In this document: one piece after another, positions 1 through 11,876 of the stretch
Position numbering within the stretch: the stretch's first letter is position 1
Layout of the letters: each line of letters begins with the position of its first letter
NCBI RefSeq assembly: GCF_020745735.1
Contig: NC_083419.1
Coordinates: 50,192,135-50,256,134 of the forward strand
Reading direction: 5' to 3'
Origin: Hemiscyllium ocellatum
Lineage: Eukaryota
DNA: 64,000 bases
Program-made: the position numbers and the translations under genes
Notes under the pieces: generated by a model
Seen by the model: the letters and a program-made list of their open reading frames with translations, nothing else
Databases searched by the model: none
What the model was told of the DNA's origin: nothing

Positions 1-40
1 TCCTAAGGAAAAATAGCTATTTTAATCAATCTGATTTGGG

Positions 41-1791
41 ACGTCGGTGTTGGACTGGGGTGTACAAAGTTAAAAAATCACGCAACACCAGGTTATAGTC
101 CAACAGGTTTATTTGGAAAGACTAGCTTTCGGAGCGCTGCTCCTTCGTCAGGTGGTTGGGGAGTATAAGATCAGAGTATATAAATTTATAGCAAAGATTT
201 ACAGTGTGATGTAACTGAAATTATATATTGTAAAAGACCTAGATTGTTTAAGTGTCTCATCTTTTAGAATGAACATGTTGGTTTCAGTTCTTTCATATGT
301 AAATTGCAGAGTTTTTTTAATGTTACATTCTCAAGTGAACTTTAACAATTGGTGTCATGTCAGCTCAGATAATGCACTTAAGGTGTGCGGTGCCCTGTGT
401 GAGACTGTCTGTGCCACTATGTTCAGATTGATTCTAATCTAAAAAACAGATTTACAGAATATTGCATGGGTTCAGGCAGTTTTTGAGCAAAATGTAATGT
501 AATTCTGCAAGTATAAATTCACCCCTACAAGCTTATATGTGTGTGTGAGTTTGTGCGCATGTGTGGGTGAGTGGAGGGGTTATGAGTGTCTGAGAGAATA
601 TAGGGTATGTGTGTGAGTGTAAGTGTAATGGGGTATAAATCTGTGAGAGGGTACATGTGAGCGTGTGAGAGAGAGCTTGTGTGTGAGAGAGGGTGTGCAT
701 GAATGTATGGATCTGTAGGAATGTGTGTGTGTGTCTGTATGTGTGTCAGAGTATCTGTGAGTGTGTGTAGTGCAGTGGGGTCACCTCTAGTGTGACATGA
801 AGTCAAGGCCCGGTTAAGGCAATCTCCATGGGCACCGAACTTGGCTATCAAGCTCTGCTTGGCCACTCCCAGTGGGAGAACACTTCAGTGGTCCGGGACA
901 TTTGACCTCGGACCTTTGGGTAATCGTCCTCCAAGGCAGATTTTGGACAGGCAACAACGCAAAGTGGTCGAGTAGAGGCTGATAGCCAAGTTCAGTACCC
1001 ATGGGGATGGCCTCAACCGGGACCTTGGGTTCATGTCACATTTCAGGTGACCCCACTGCACTACATGCACACATGCACACTCACAGACAGACAGACACAT
1101 AGATACTCCTACACACACTCCTGCAAACCCATACACTCACACAGCCCCTCTCTCATATACAAGCTCTCTCATACGCTCGCATATACACTCTCACGCACAC
1201 ATGCACCCTCTCATAGACTTATACCCCTTTACACTCACACTCACACACATACACACTCTCTCACAGGCACTCATAACACCCCTCTCACACACACATACCC
1301 ATTTGCGCGCACACACACACACACACACACATAAGTTTGTTTGGTGAATTTGTACTTGCAGGATTACATTTTATTTTGCTCAATAACTGCATGAATCCAT
1401 GTAAGATTTTGTAAATCCATTTTTTAGATTAGAATCAATCTGAACATTGTGGCACAGACAGTCTGACACAGGGCACCTCATACCTTATCTGGGCTCTCAA
1501 GACACCAATTGTTAAAGTTCCCTTGAGAATGTAACTTTTAAAAAGTTCTGTAATTTACATATGAAAGAACTGAAACCAGCATGTTCATTCTAAAAGATGA
1601 GAGACTTAACAAGCAATCCAGGTATTTTACAATATATAATTTCAGTTACATTACACTGTAAACTTTTGCTTTAAATTCTGCCTTATGATGTTATACTCCA
1701 CAATCACCTGATGAAGGAGAAGTGCTCCAAAAGTTAGTGCTTTCAAATAAACCTGTTGGACTATAACCTGGTGTTGTGTGATTTTTAACTT
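41..1791. mobile_element. Penelope-like element (family A): 5'-truncated copy (868-1791, +) with an inverted copy of its 3' end (41-867, -)
   Basis: 868-1050 (+) reads PVGEHFSGPGHLTSDLWVIVLQG...QQRKVVE*RLIAKFSTHGDGLNRDLGFMSHFR*, a PLE GIY-YIG C-terminus. 69-867 is the diverged reverse complement of 963-1791, including the (TG)n/(CA)n tracts and hammerhead-like motifs at 122-151 (-) and 1708-1737 (+). Confidence 0.85.
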
Positions 1792-1797
1792 AAATCG

Positions 1798-1925
1798 ATG
1801 TGGAAGGGTCACTCGACCTGAACCGTTTGCTCTGATTTATCTCCACAGATGCTGCCAGACCTACTGAGCTTTTTCTGTTTTTCGTTTCTGATTCACAGTA
1901 TCCACAGTTCTTTTAGTTTTATTTT
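1798..1925 (+). mobile_element. Short PLE-derived pLTR fragment (family C), decayed
   Basis: GGAAGGGTCACTCGACCTGAACCGTT...CTCCACAGATGCTGCCAGACCTACTGAGCTTTT matches the copies at 9717-9893 and 47421-47515. Confidence 0.7.
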
Positions 1926-2074
1926 GTCCATGTGTTGTGACCTGTTATGACACAACTCTGGAACATGTGGGAACTGAACCCAGGCCTTCAGACTAAGAAG
2001 TTGAGATGCTACCACTGCACAACAACTCTCCCTAAGGAAGGATAAACATACCATAGAGTGAGTTTAAAGGGGTT

Positions 2075-2733
2075 TTCACCAGTCTAATCACAGGGATGAT
2101 GGGGCTTTCTAATGAGGAGAGATTGAGGAATCGAGGCATGTATTCTATAAAGTTTTGAACAATAAGAATAACAATTGTGGGTGACACGGTGGTACAGTGG
2201 TTAGCACTGCTGCCTCACGCGCCAGAGACCTGGGTTCAATTCCCGCCTCAGGCGACTGATTGTGTGGAGTTTGCACATTCTCCCTGTGTCTACGTGTGTT
2301 TCCTCCCACAGTCTAAAAACGTGCAGATTAGGTGAATTGGCCATGCTAAATTGCCCGTAGTGTTAGGGGCAGGGGTAAATGTAGGGGAATGGATCTGGGT
2401 GGGTTGCGTTTCGGTGAATCGGTGTGGACTTGTTGGCCGAAGGGCTTGTTTTCACACTGTAAGTAATCTAATCTAATCTAAATAAGTAGTCTCACTGAAA
2501 CTTTCAAAAAGTCTTACAAGGTCACTTAAGACTGCGATGGGGAGGAATTTGCTCACTCAGGGGTTGGTAAATATTTGCTCAAGACAGAAATAGATATATT
2601 TCTGGATGTGAATTACATCAAAGGATTTTCAGATATCAAGGAATGTGGCATTGAGCTAGATGATCAGCCATGATCCAGTTAAATTACAAAGGATGCTCAA
2701 TGGGCTGAATGACCTTTTCCTGGTCTATATTCT
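2075..2733 (+). mobile_element. Old CR1 LINE 3' fragment, interrupted by a SINE
   Basis: Degenerate RFTRLI.G...EERL coding remnant and a CR1-type 3' end (GGGCTGAATGACCT...) on either side of the SINE. Confidence 0.6.
2179..2481 (+). mobile_element. HE1-type tRNA-derived SINE (V-SINE)
   Basis: A box TGGTACAGTGG, B box GGTTCAATTCC, V-domain TGTGTGGAGTTTGCACATTCTCCC, CR1-like tail GGCCGAAGGGC..GTTTTCACACTGT, then (TAATC)n. Confidence 0.9.
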
Positions 2734-4389
2734 AAACCAAATACTTGGCAGACTGTCAAGATTCCATTGTGGATTACATATTTAGTATTTATACACATAA
2801 AGTCCATGTATGTGTCAATAGAGATAAATTACAACTTTAAAATAGACATAACTCTGAATTTTCACATTTCCTGTAACTCCAATTTTGTCATTGAACTGAT
2901 CTTTAAATAAGAACAAAGTGGATGGTGAACATCCTGCTTGTGGTCAATGACATCTGCAGCCTTAAAACAGTGGTGCTTGGCCCCAACAGCATGAGCAGTC
3001 TTGAGGAGACAAAGTTGTATGCAAGGATTTCATTTGAGCATACCTCTGAGTGGAGGGAATTTCACATTGGCCTTGAATTTCAGGAGTTCAACTGGGGTCC
3101 CCCACTCCATAACCTGAGCCACCTCACAGAAATTCCCTCTGTGCTTGGCATAGAAAGGGTTTTTCTATGGGCTACTGCTGCTGCTGCACACCCCTTCACT
3201 TCTTCACTTACATCTGTCCCAATGTGCCTTGACATTCTTTCCAACAATAGCGGAAGTCTTTGTTGTGGAGCTCTCTATGTCACAGTTGCCCAACTTTCCA
3301 TTAGTGAACTGGTGTGGAGGGTGTTGCACATCGCTCATGGAACTATAGGCTCATGTTAGCTGTGTTTTTTTGTGAAGCTGTGGAGCCTATAGGCAATGAG
3401 TAGGTTGGTTGTGGTTTTTTAAGTGTCTCTGTCGAATTTCCAGTTGCACTTCAGCCCCATGCTCCTGGTATTTGGATACCCATGCCAGGGTTGGGGTGGG
3501 ATGCAAATCAGAGGATCTTCTCATGGGTTTGCTCCTTAGCCTGACTAAAATAAACATTAATAGGTCCAGACCATGAAGGGGGTCATAATTCCTGACTGCC
3601 TGTGTGTTGTGTAGTTACCTGCACACCCAGGTGATCTTACAGAGGGAGCACATCGCACGTTCGCAGCTTTTAGGGGCCATGTGGGGCTATGGTGCATTAG
3701 TTCCCTCACCAACTACATTTTCATTTGATCCTCCAGTTTTCTTTTTCAGGTTCAGTAACCAAAGGGCATTTGATTTTTACTTAGTTAGTATTGCTTTTGC
3801 AAATAAGTATTTGAATGGATATAGTGGCTCTTGTGGTGGACTGGAAGTGTCCTTACCTTTGGGCTAGAAGTTCTGGCTTTAAGATGGGTGTGTCATAACT
3901 TGTCTAAATAGGCTGTTTAAAAAATATGTATTCAATATATATTCACATGTATACAAATAAGTCAGCTCGAAGTTTGGAAGATTTTGTGGTGTATGGTTGG
4001 TGGAAATAAAACTTTAATAAGAAATTGTATATCTGTACTTTGTTTAAGATCATTTAACTTCTAGTATACAACAAAAATCAAGTGTGAAATCATATTGATG
4101 CAACTTGAAGGAACAAGACCAAACCAACAAATCAAGGGAGAAATAGAACAAGAGCAAAACAAGTTTGAATTTAAGTTGTGTGAGGTTTTCTCAGTCAGTT
4201 TTCCTGTGCTTTGTATGATCTCTGCCAAATGAGAAACAATAATGATTGTTACCAGTTTGTCAAACTAAAGACACAGTCTAGAAGTATGGTATCCATATCA
4301 GTATTCCATGATCTTACACCACTCAAAAAGATTTATTAGATCACAGTAATGTTTCTCATTTGATATATCCTATCCCAGTGGCAGAACAG

Positions 4390-5076
4390 ATAGAATAGAA
4401 TAAAATAAAATAGAATATCCTTTATTGTCACATGTACTAAAGTACAGATGTACAGGAGTACACTGAGAACTTTTACAATGTGCCTCGTATGACACCATCT
4501 TAGGTACAAAGAAAAGTAATTGCAGCAATTAAAGAATAAGTTAGAAATAAGACATAGTTAAGGGATTGAAATTACAGTCAGATAAAAAAATTCAAATAAA
4601 CATTACATTACAGTAGCTGAGCATGGGGCTTCCATATGTGGTTGACTTCCTGTGCCTGACCCCAACCTCCAGTCCAACAATGGTCTCTGCTCCATTCCAA
4701 GCCTTCAGTCCAGTCTGCACTGGTTCTCAGCTTACCCTTTTCTCCAGGACTACTTCCCCTCGCCAGCCTTTGGGTGGGACTACTTCCTCATGCTGATCTG
4801 GGACAGTTTCTCCCCACCAGCTACTGTTCTGGGATTGCTTCCCCTCACCGGCTACTTGTCCAGGACTGCATCATCCCACCAGCAGCTGCTCCTGGTCTGC
4901 TTCTTCTGCTCCAGCTATCGCTCTAGGACTGTTTCCATCTGCTGTCTGCTGCTCTAGGATTCACCTCTGGGATTTGCTCGCTCCTCCATTCGTGGGCAAA
5001 ACAGAGGGAGGAAAGCAGAAAAAGAACAGGCGGAGCAGAGGAGTTCCTGCTGGAATATCTTACTTAGCTGCCATTT
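4390..5076 (-). mobile_element. Probable non-autonomous Rex1/Babar-like element with an internal minisatellite
   Basis: (TAGAA)n tail followed by TTTATTGTCACATGTAC resembles a Rex1-type 3' end on the minus strand. Degenerate ~30-bp tandem units lie at 4744-4975. The family call is from memory of terminal motifs. Confidence 0.4.
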
Positions 5077-5149
5077 GCATTACATACTCGAATCAGTGGA
5101 AGTGGTAACACTGTAGTATAGAGTTGGGAGGGAGTTACTCTCAAAGTTT

Positions 5150-5540
5150 ACATCATTGAATCTGGATCCCATAAAATCTCAGGGTGTAGGTAAGATATGG
5201 GCAAGGGATCTCCTGCTGACCACCAGTAACACATTCCTTTGCCTTTTTCAGATGACGAATCAGTGCTTCTTAATGTTGAACACCACTTGGGGGAAGCACT
5301 GAGGGTGGCAAGGTTGCAGGATGTACTCTGGGTAGGGAATTTCAATGTCTATCACAAATCAGGTTTAGGAACACAACTGCTGATGAAGCTGGTCAAGCCA
5401 TAAAGGTCACATCTGCTAACTTGGTCTACAGCAGGTAGAGACACACTCCACAAGAGGAAAAGCATATTTGATGTAATGCTCAGCAATCTGCCTGCTGTAG
5501 ATGTGTCTGTCCATGACAATATCAGAAACAGAGACCATCG
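5150..5540 (+). mobile_element. Ancient L2/CR1-group LINE, endonuclease fragment
   Basis: Degenerate DESVLLNVEHHLGEALRVARLQDVLWVGNFNVYH contains the APE GDFN motif. Same family as 55900-57550. Confidence 0.65.
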
Positions 5541-5544
5541 TACT

Positions 5545-7940
5545 TTGTCTCTTTATCATATCCGTGCCCTTCATAATTTTATAAACCTCTATAAGGTCAC
5601 CCCTCAGCCTCTGACGCTCCAGGGAAAACAGCCCCAGCCTGTTCAGCCTCTTCCTATAGCTCAAATCCTCCAACTCTGGCAACATCCTTGTAAATCTTTT
5701 CTGAACTTTTTCAAGTTTCACAACATCTTTCTGTTAGGAAGGAGACCAGAATTGCATGCTATATTCCAACAGTGGCCTAACCAATGTCCTGGGCAAAAGT
5801 GAAGACTGCAGCTGCTAGATTAGAGTGGTGCTGGAAAAGCACAGCAGGTCAGGCAGCATCCGAGGAGCAGGAAAATCAACGTTTCGGGCAAAAGCCCTTC
5901 ATCAAGAATAGGGGTCCACCCTGCCAACCTTCGCATTAACCATATCATCTGCTGACATTTCCGTCACCTCCAAATGGATCCCACCACCAGAGATATATTT
6001 CCCACCCCGCCCCTTTCTGCTTTCCGCAAAGACCGTTCCTCCATGACTATCTGGTCAGGTCCACGACCCCAACAAACCACCCTCCTGTCCTGGCACCTTC
6101 CCTGCCACTGCAGGAATTACAAAACCTGTTCCCACACTTCCTCTGTCACCACCATCCAAGGCCCCAAAGGAGCCTTCCACATCCATCAAAGTTTCATCTA
6201 CACATCCACCAATGTCATTTATTGTATCCATTGCTCCCGATGCAGTCTCCTCTACATTGGGGAGATGGACGCCTACTCGCAGAGCACTTCAGGGAACGTC
6301 TCTGGGACACCTGCACCAATCAACCACACCGCCCCGTGGCCGAACATTTCAACTCCCCCTCCCACTCTGCCAATGTCATGCAAGTCCTGGGCCTTCTTCA
6401 CCGCCACTCCCTCACCACCCAACGCCTGGAGGAAGAATGCCTCATCTTCCGCCTTGGAACACTTCAACTCTAGGGCATCAATGTGGACTTCATCGGTTAC
6501 TTCATTTCCCCTCCCCCCAACTTACCCCAGTTCCAACCTTCCAGCTCAGCACTGCCCCCATGACCTGTCCTACCTGCCAATCTCCCTTCCCACCTATCTG
6601 CTCCACCCTCCCCTCTGACTTATCACCTCCATCCCCACCCCCATTCACCTATTGTACTCCCTGCTACCTTTGCCCCAGCTCCCCCTGCCCCCCCGCCTCC
6701 CACCCCTGCCATTTATCTCTCCACCCTGGAGGCTTCCTGCCTCTATTCCTGATGAAGGGCTTTTGCCCAAAACATCAATTTTCCTGCTCCTCAGATGCTA
6801 CCTGACCTGCTGTGCTTTTCTAGCACCACTCTAACCAATGTCCTGTACAGCCGCAACATGACCTCCCAACTCCTGTACTCAATACTCTGACCAATAAAGG
6901 AAAGCATACCAGCCGCCTTCTTCACTATCCTATCTACCTGTGATTCCACTTTCAAGGAGCTATGAACCTGCACTCCAAGATCTCTTTGTTCAGCAACACT
7001 CCCTAGGACCTTAACATTAAGTGTATAAGTCCTGCTAAGATTTGCTTTCCCAAAATGCAGCACCTCACATTTATCTGAGTTAAACTCCATCTGCCACTTC
7101 TCGGCCCATAGGCCCATCTGGTCAAGATCCCGTTGTAATCTGAGGTAACCTTCTTCGCTGTCCACTACACCTCCAATTTGGTGTCATCTGCAAACATACT
7201 AACTGTACCTCTTATGCTCGCATCCAAATCATAAATAACGAAAAGTAGAAGACCCAGCATCGATCCTTGTGGCACTCCACTGGTCACAGGCCTCCATTCT
7301 GAAAAACAACCCTCCACAACCACCTTCTGTCTTCTATCTTTGAGCCAGTTCTGTATCCAAATAGCTAGTTCTCCCTGTATTCTGTGAGATCTAACCTTGC
7401 TAATCAGTCTCCCATGGGGAACTTTGTCGAATGTCTTACTGAAGTCCATATAGATCACATCCACTGCTCTGCCCTCATTAATTCTTTGTTACTTCTTTGA
7501 AAATCTCAATCAAGTTTGTGAGACATGATTTCCCACGCACAAAGCTATGCCTTTCCAAATACGTGTACATCCTGTCCCTCAGGATTCCTTCCAACAATTT
7601 GCCCACCACCAATATCAGGCTCACTGGTCTATAATTCCCTGGCTTGTCCTTACCACCTTTCTTAAACAGTGGCACCATGTTAGCCAACCTCCAGTATTCC
7701 AGCACCTCACCTGTGACTATCGATGATACAACTATCTCAGCAAGGGGCCCAGAAATCACTTCCCTAGCTTTCCACAGAGTTCTAGGGTACACCTGATCAG
7801 GTCCTGGGTATTTATCTATCTTTATGCGTTTCAAGACATCCAGCACTTCCTCCTCTGTAATATGGACATTTTTCAAAATGTCACCATCTATTTCCCTACA
7901 TTCTATATATTCCATGTCCTTTTCCACAGTAAATACTGAT
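5545..7940 (-). mobile_element. CR1 (HER1-like) LINE ORF2 fragment, split by a PLE insertion
   Basis: ORF pieces 7478-7927, 7165-7464, 6791-7165 and 5416-5721 contain [26 protein letters not shown] and LEKVQKRFTRML, broken by frameshifts. Confidence 0.95.
5792..6830 (+). mobile_element. Penelope-like element (family B): 5'-truncated, with inverted pLTR and target-site duplication
   Basis: Frameshifted Cys-rich linker and GIY-YIG domain (TSTNVIYCIHCSRCSLLYIGE...VAEHFNSPSHS...RLEEECLIFRLGTLQ). pLTR copies at 5792-5910 (-) and 6745-6830 (+). CTAACCAATGTCCTG is duplicated at 5777-5791 and 6831-6845. Confidence 0.9.
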
Positions 7941-8326
7941 ATATATTCTAAACAATCTGTTCGGGGACATTATGGTACAGTTGTGGAGCATGTGCAACTT
8001 AAACATTGGTCTCATGGCCCAAGGTTAGTGTCACTATCAGTACATCACATGAGCCCCACATGTTGAATTATAATGCAGTGGTCTATCTCATGCTTAGTAT
8101 TAAGCTGGCAGTAACAGGTTAAAAAAAAACTCATCCATAGAAATTAAACCTGATTTTTTTTTTATTTTGCAAAGTTTAAGGTTAATGTAAGTGTTGACAT
8201 TAATATACTGTAGTAAGGCTGTAATCATCATGTCATGTTATCTAACTGGTTGAGTAGGCCTGGATTTCACCTGACATATGAACTCCAAAGAAAAATCTGA
8301 ACTACCAATTGTTGAAACAGATCTTC

Positions 8327-8652
8327 TGTCCCCGTGTTCGTTTGGAGGAGAGAGACACCGGGTCTGATTAAAAGTATAAACAGGTTTAATGAGAGAGAAT
8401 CGTACACAGTACAGTGAGGTGTCTAGCTCACTGGAGAAGGCGCGTTCTGACTATTTTTTAATTTGTCTATCCTTTTGTTCTCTCACATTCCAGAGTTACA
8501 TCCTTATTTGGTAAAATGCAGAATTTTAGTATGTCATTGGTTCTCACCTGATAACATTCTATTACCTCAGTTTGAGCTACGTGCATTTAGACACGGCTCC
8601 AATGTCCTGTTATCTCTCACCCTCCCTGGGGCCTCTTCAGGCTATGCCATCA
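8327..8652 (-). mobile_element. Probable solo LTR
   Basis: On the minus strand: TGATGG start, CCAAT, an A-rich TATA-like stretch, ATTAAA, then a GGGGACA end. More CpG than its flanks. No clean TSD. Confidence 0.45.
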
Positions 8653-8659
8653 GCTTTTC

Positions 8660-10420
8660 AGTCTGTTCTTAGTGTAACATAATGGCTTACTGTTGTCTAG
8701 TGAAGCTAACAAGTTCCAGACTTGCTAATACTACCTTACGTGAGCACTACCTAACAATAAAGTTTCTTACACTACCTAACCTTAATAATGGATCCCAACA
8801 CAATGTAACGTCTAATACATTCCATGGGGTAGCAGTGCACTGATACATTTGTTGGACATGGACATCTTGGAAAATGTAAAGGTGTTTATACTCTGTACCA
8901 AACAAGAAGGGCAGATGGGGACGGTAAGTTAATGCTGGCCAGCCAGCGATACCCACATCCCATGAGGAAATGAAAAATAGCTATTCAAACAACTCTTGCC
9001 AGTAACACTCAACTTGCACAAATTCATTTAAAAAACCTTCACATTCTGCTTATTTTTTCTTTCTGTGTTAATCTCAATCTAAGGAAGTCTGGTGGCATGT
9101 TCCTTATCCAACTCTCATAATCATGATGTAATTTACTGAACACTATCCAGGAAAATTTTCCAAAAGCTTTCATTCCAATAATGTTGAACTGTGTGCTGTC
9201 TATAGTACAAAAATGCACAGACACTCATGTAATCCTAATCTGGGGGTTCTATGTGAGCACGTTCAGTCTCTGAGTCATCATTGTTAAGTGTATTCATTCC
9301 TTTTTTTTACTGCTTGGAGAATACTGATTGGTTGACTAGCCTCCTGTTTCAGTGTACATATATGGCACATAGCTGAATTATCCTCCTATCAACAGATTCT
9401 ACTCCTTCAAAATCTCAGTTTCTCTCAACTCAACTGACACACTCAGAGATGTTAATGTTCTAAAATCTGCCAAATCATTATCTCGTATAAATTCTATCCC
9501 TTCAGTAAATAAGCTAAAAATACTCCCTAGAAGAATAACTCAATTTACTTAGATACTTCATCAATTAGTTTAATACAATGAAACAGGTTTATAGCTGTCA
9601 TGAATCTCACATTATTACCCGTTCTTTCACCAAACCATTTAAAAGTCACATTATATCATTAGCCACCATCAATAATTGAACTGTTCCAGCATCTCTCTAA
9701 ATACTAATTTGTTTCAAAACCGAAAACTGCCGATGCTGCAAATCAGAAACAAAAACAGAAATTGCTGGATAAGCTCAACAGGTCTGGCAGCATCTGTGGA
9801 GAGAAATCAGAGTTAATGTTTCGGGTCAAGTGACCCTTCCTCAGCATCCTGAGCAGATGTTACCAGACCTGCTGGACTTTTCCAGCAATTTCTATTAATT
9901 TATTTCCTTATTTTGTTATAGAACTTGACTCATCATCTGAACTACGACTCCCCCTTCAACACAGAACCTAAGCTTTTCTTTAGACAGTTCATACTGTATT
10001 GCTTCTTTCTCTCTGTCTATTTCTTTGTTTGATAACCTCTCTTTCTGGAGTTCAACTTCAAGCCTTTGCATTCCTCTTTTTGTGCGTTCAAGTTATTGCA
10101 ATTTTTTCTTTCAAGCTCATGCTTTTCTTTTCTTTATTCTTTCTGACTCAAGTAACTGCCTTTGTTTTTTCTATTTGAATCTGTTTCATTTGCAAGCTAT
10201 CTTCTGTCTGAATTCTACTTGTGTCAAGCTTTCCTTCTAATACAAAATGCTATTGTCTTTATGTTATTCCTTTGGACATTTCTGCCATTTTAGTTGTTGC
10301 TTCTAACCCATAACTCTGAACTTTCTGCTAATAACCCAAACTTTGCAAGCTGTTGCAAATCACCCGAGGACAAGTATTCTATCTCCAGAAAAGTTTTAGC
10401 AATTACAAAATCAACCTACT
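8660..10420 (-). mobile_element. Highly decayed Gypsy-like gag/protease remnant
   Basis: Minus strand 10050-10420 resembles the gag N-terminus at 15007 (VIAKTFL..., then a K/E-rich coiled coil). A RDAGTVQ protease-like motif lies near 9690-9700. Many stops. Confidence 0.35.
9717..9893 (-). mobile_element. PLE-derived mini-element (family C) with a partial inverted arm
   Basis: 9815-9844 (-) = CTGAGGA-A-GGGTC-ACTT-GACCC-GAAAC-ATT. 9854-9893 is inverted relative to 9756-9795. Confidence 0.75.
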
Positions 10421-10487
10421 TCTTAGTAAGTACTGTAAATCTGCTGTGAAATCTTTTTAGCCTTAATTTTAGCAAATCCGAGTACCT

Positions 10488-10784
10488 GTAGAAACTAGGA
10501 CCCTAGGGCAAAGCCTTAGACTAAAGTGAAGATTTTTAGTAAATGGAGATAAGGAGAAACATCTTCAGCCAGAGAGTGGTGAATCTATGAAATTCATTGC
10601 CACAGAAGGCTGTGGAGACCAGGTCATTGAGTATATTTAAGACTGAGATAGATAGGTTCTTGAGTATCAAGGAGATGAGGGATTACGGAGAAAGCAGTAG
10701 AATGTGGTTGAGAAACTTATCAGCCATGCTTGAATAGTAGAGCAAACTGGATGGCCTAATTTCTGCTCCTATGTCTTATGGTCT
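10488..10784 (+). mobile_element. CR1 LINE 3' fragment
   Basis: EIRRNIFSQRVVNL...SLSIFKTEIDRFL remnant and a CTGCTCCTATGTCTTATGGTCT tail. Confidence 0.85.
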
Positions 10785-10901
10785 GTATCAGTCTGAATCC
10801 AAAGAAAAGTGAACTTTACTAAGATCTCAATAAAGAACAGTAATTTTGTTAAAATGCAAAATCCCAAATATTTATTGAAATAATAAAGCCATAAGACTCC
10901 A

Positions 10902-11648
10902 CAATTTGGAAAGTCAAATCAAGGTCGGAGTTTCATGGTGAACGGTAAACATTTAAGGAGTGTAGTAGAACAGAGGGATCTTGGAGTTCAGGTTCACAGT
11001 TCTCTGAACTAGACAGGGTAGTGAAGAAGGCTTTTAGCATACTGGCCTTCATCAGTCAGGGCATTGATTATAGACGTTGGGAAGTTATGTTGCAGTTGTG
11101 CAGGACTTTGGTGAGGCAACACTTGGAGTATAGTGTTCAGTTTTGGTCACCTTGTTATAGGAAGAATGTTATTAAACTGAAAACATTGTAGTAGAAATTT
11201 GCAAGGATGTTGCCTGGACTCAATAGTCTGAGCTATAGGGAGAGGTTGGACAAACTAGGACCTTTTTCTTTATAGTGTAGGGGGGAACCTCATGAGAGGC
11301 ATGCATAGGGTGAATGCACACAGTCTTTTTCCCAGTGTTGGGGAATTAAGGACTAGAGGTCATCAGGTTAAGATTAGAGGGGAGAGAATAAAAGGGAACC
11401 TGAGGGGCAATCCTTTTACACAGAGCATGGCATGCATATGGAATGAGCTGCCAGCGGATGTGGTTGGTGCGGGTACATTAACAACATTTAAAAGACAATT
11501 GGACAAATACATGGATAGGAAAGGTTGAGAAGGATATGGACCAAGTGCAGGGAAATGGGGTTCACGTTGATAGACATTTTGGTCAGCATGGACTAGTTTG
11601 GGCAAAAAGACCTATCTCTGTGCTATAGGACTCGAGGACTCTATGACT
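10902..11648 (+). mobile_element. CR1 LINE 3' fragment
   Basis: ORF 11292-11528 (TRGHQVKIRG...FKRQLDKYM) and a GACTCTATGACT tail. Confidence 0.9.
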
Positions 11649-11715
11649 AATTTAAATATGTAAGACTTCTGACGATACAGATCAAATGCTAAATATTACC
11701 TAAACTTATCAACAA

Positions 11716-11876
11716 TACCCAAGGAGCAGGAAAATCGACGTTTCAGTCCTTCCTGATGAAGGGCTTTGGCCCGAAACATCGATTTTCCTGTTCCTTGATG
11801 CTGCCTGACCTGCTGTGCTTTTCCAGCACCACACTCTCGACTCTAATCTCCAACATCTGCAGTCCTCACTTCCATC
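11716..11876 (+). mobile_element. PLE-derived mini-element (family B) with a short inverted arm
   Basis: CTGATGA-A-GGGC-TTTG-GCCC-GAAAC-ATC at 11753-11780. TSD CTTATCAACAA at 11705-11715 and 11877-11887. Confidence 0.85.

Noticed and set aside
23-33. Possible TSD for the 41-1791 palindrome (TAATCAATCTG vs AAATCGATGTG at 1792)
   Set aside because: Only 8/11 matches, and the right flank is itself another repeat.
525-1334. His/Thr-rich and Val/Cys-rich ORFs (525-866, 885-1136, 1047-1334)
   Set aside because: These are translations of the (CA)n/(TG)n tracts in the PLE 3'UTR.
2179-2250. tRNA-like A/B boxes here and at the other SINE heads
   Set aside because: They continue into the V-domain and a LINE-like tail, so they are SINE heads and not tRNA genes.
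2922-3359. 145-aa ORF
   Set aside because: No recognisable domain or exon context. It may be an old repeat relic but cannot be assigned.
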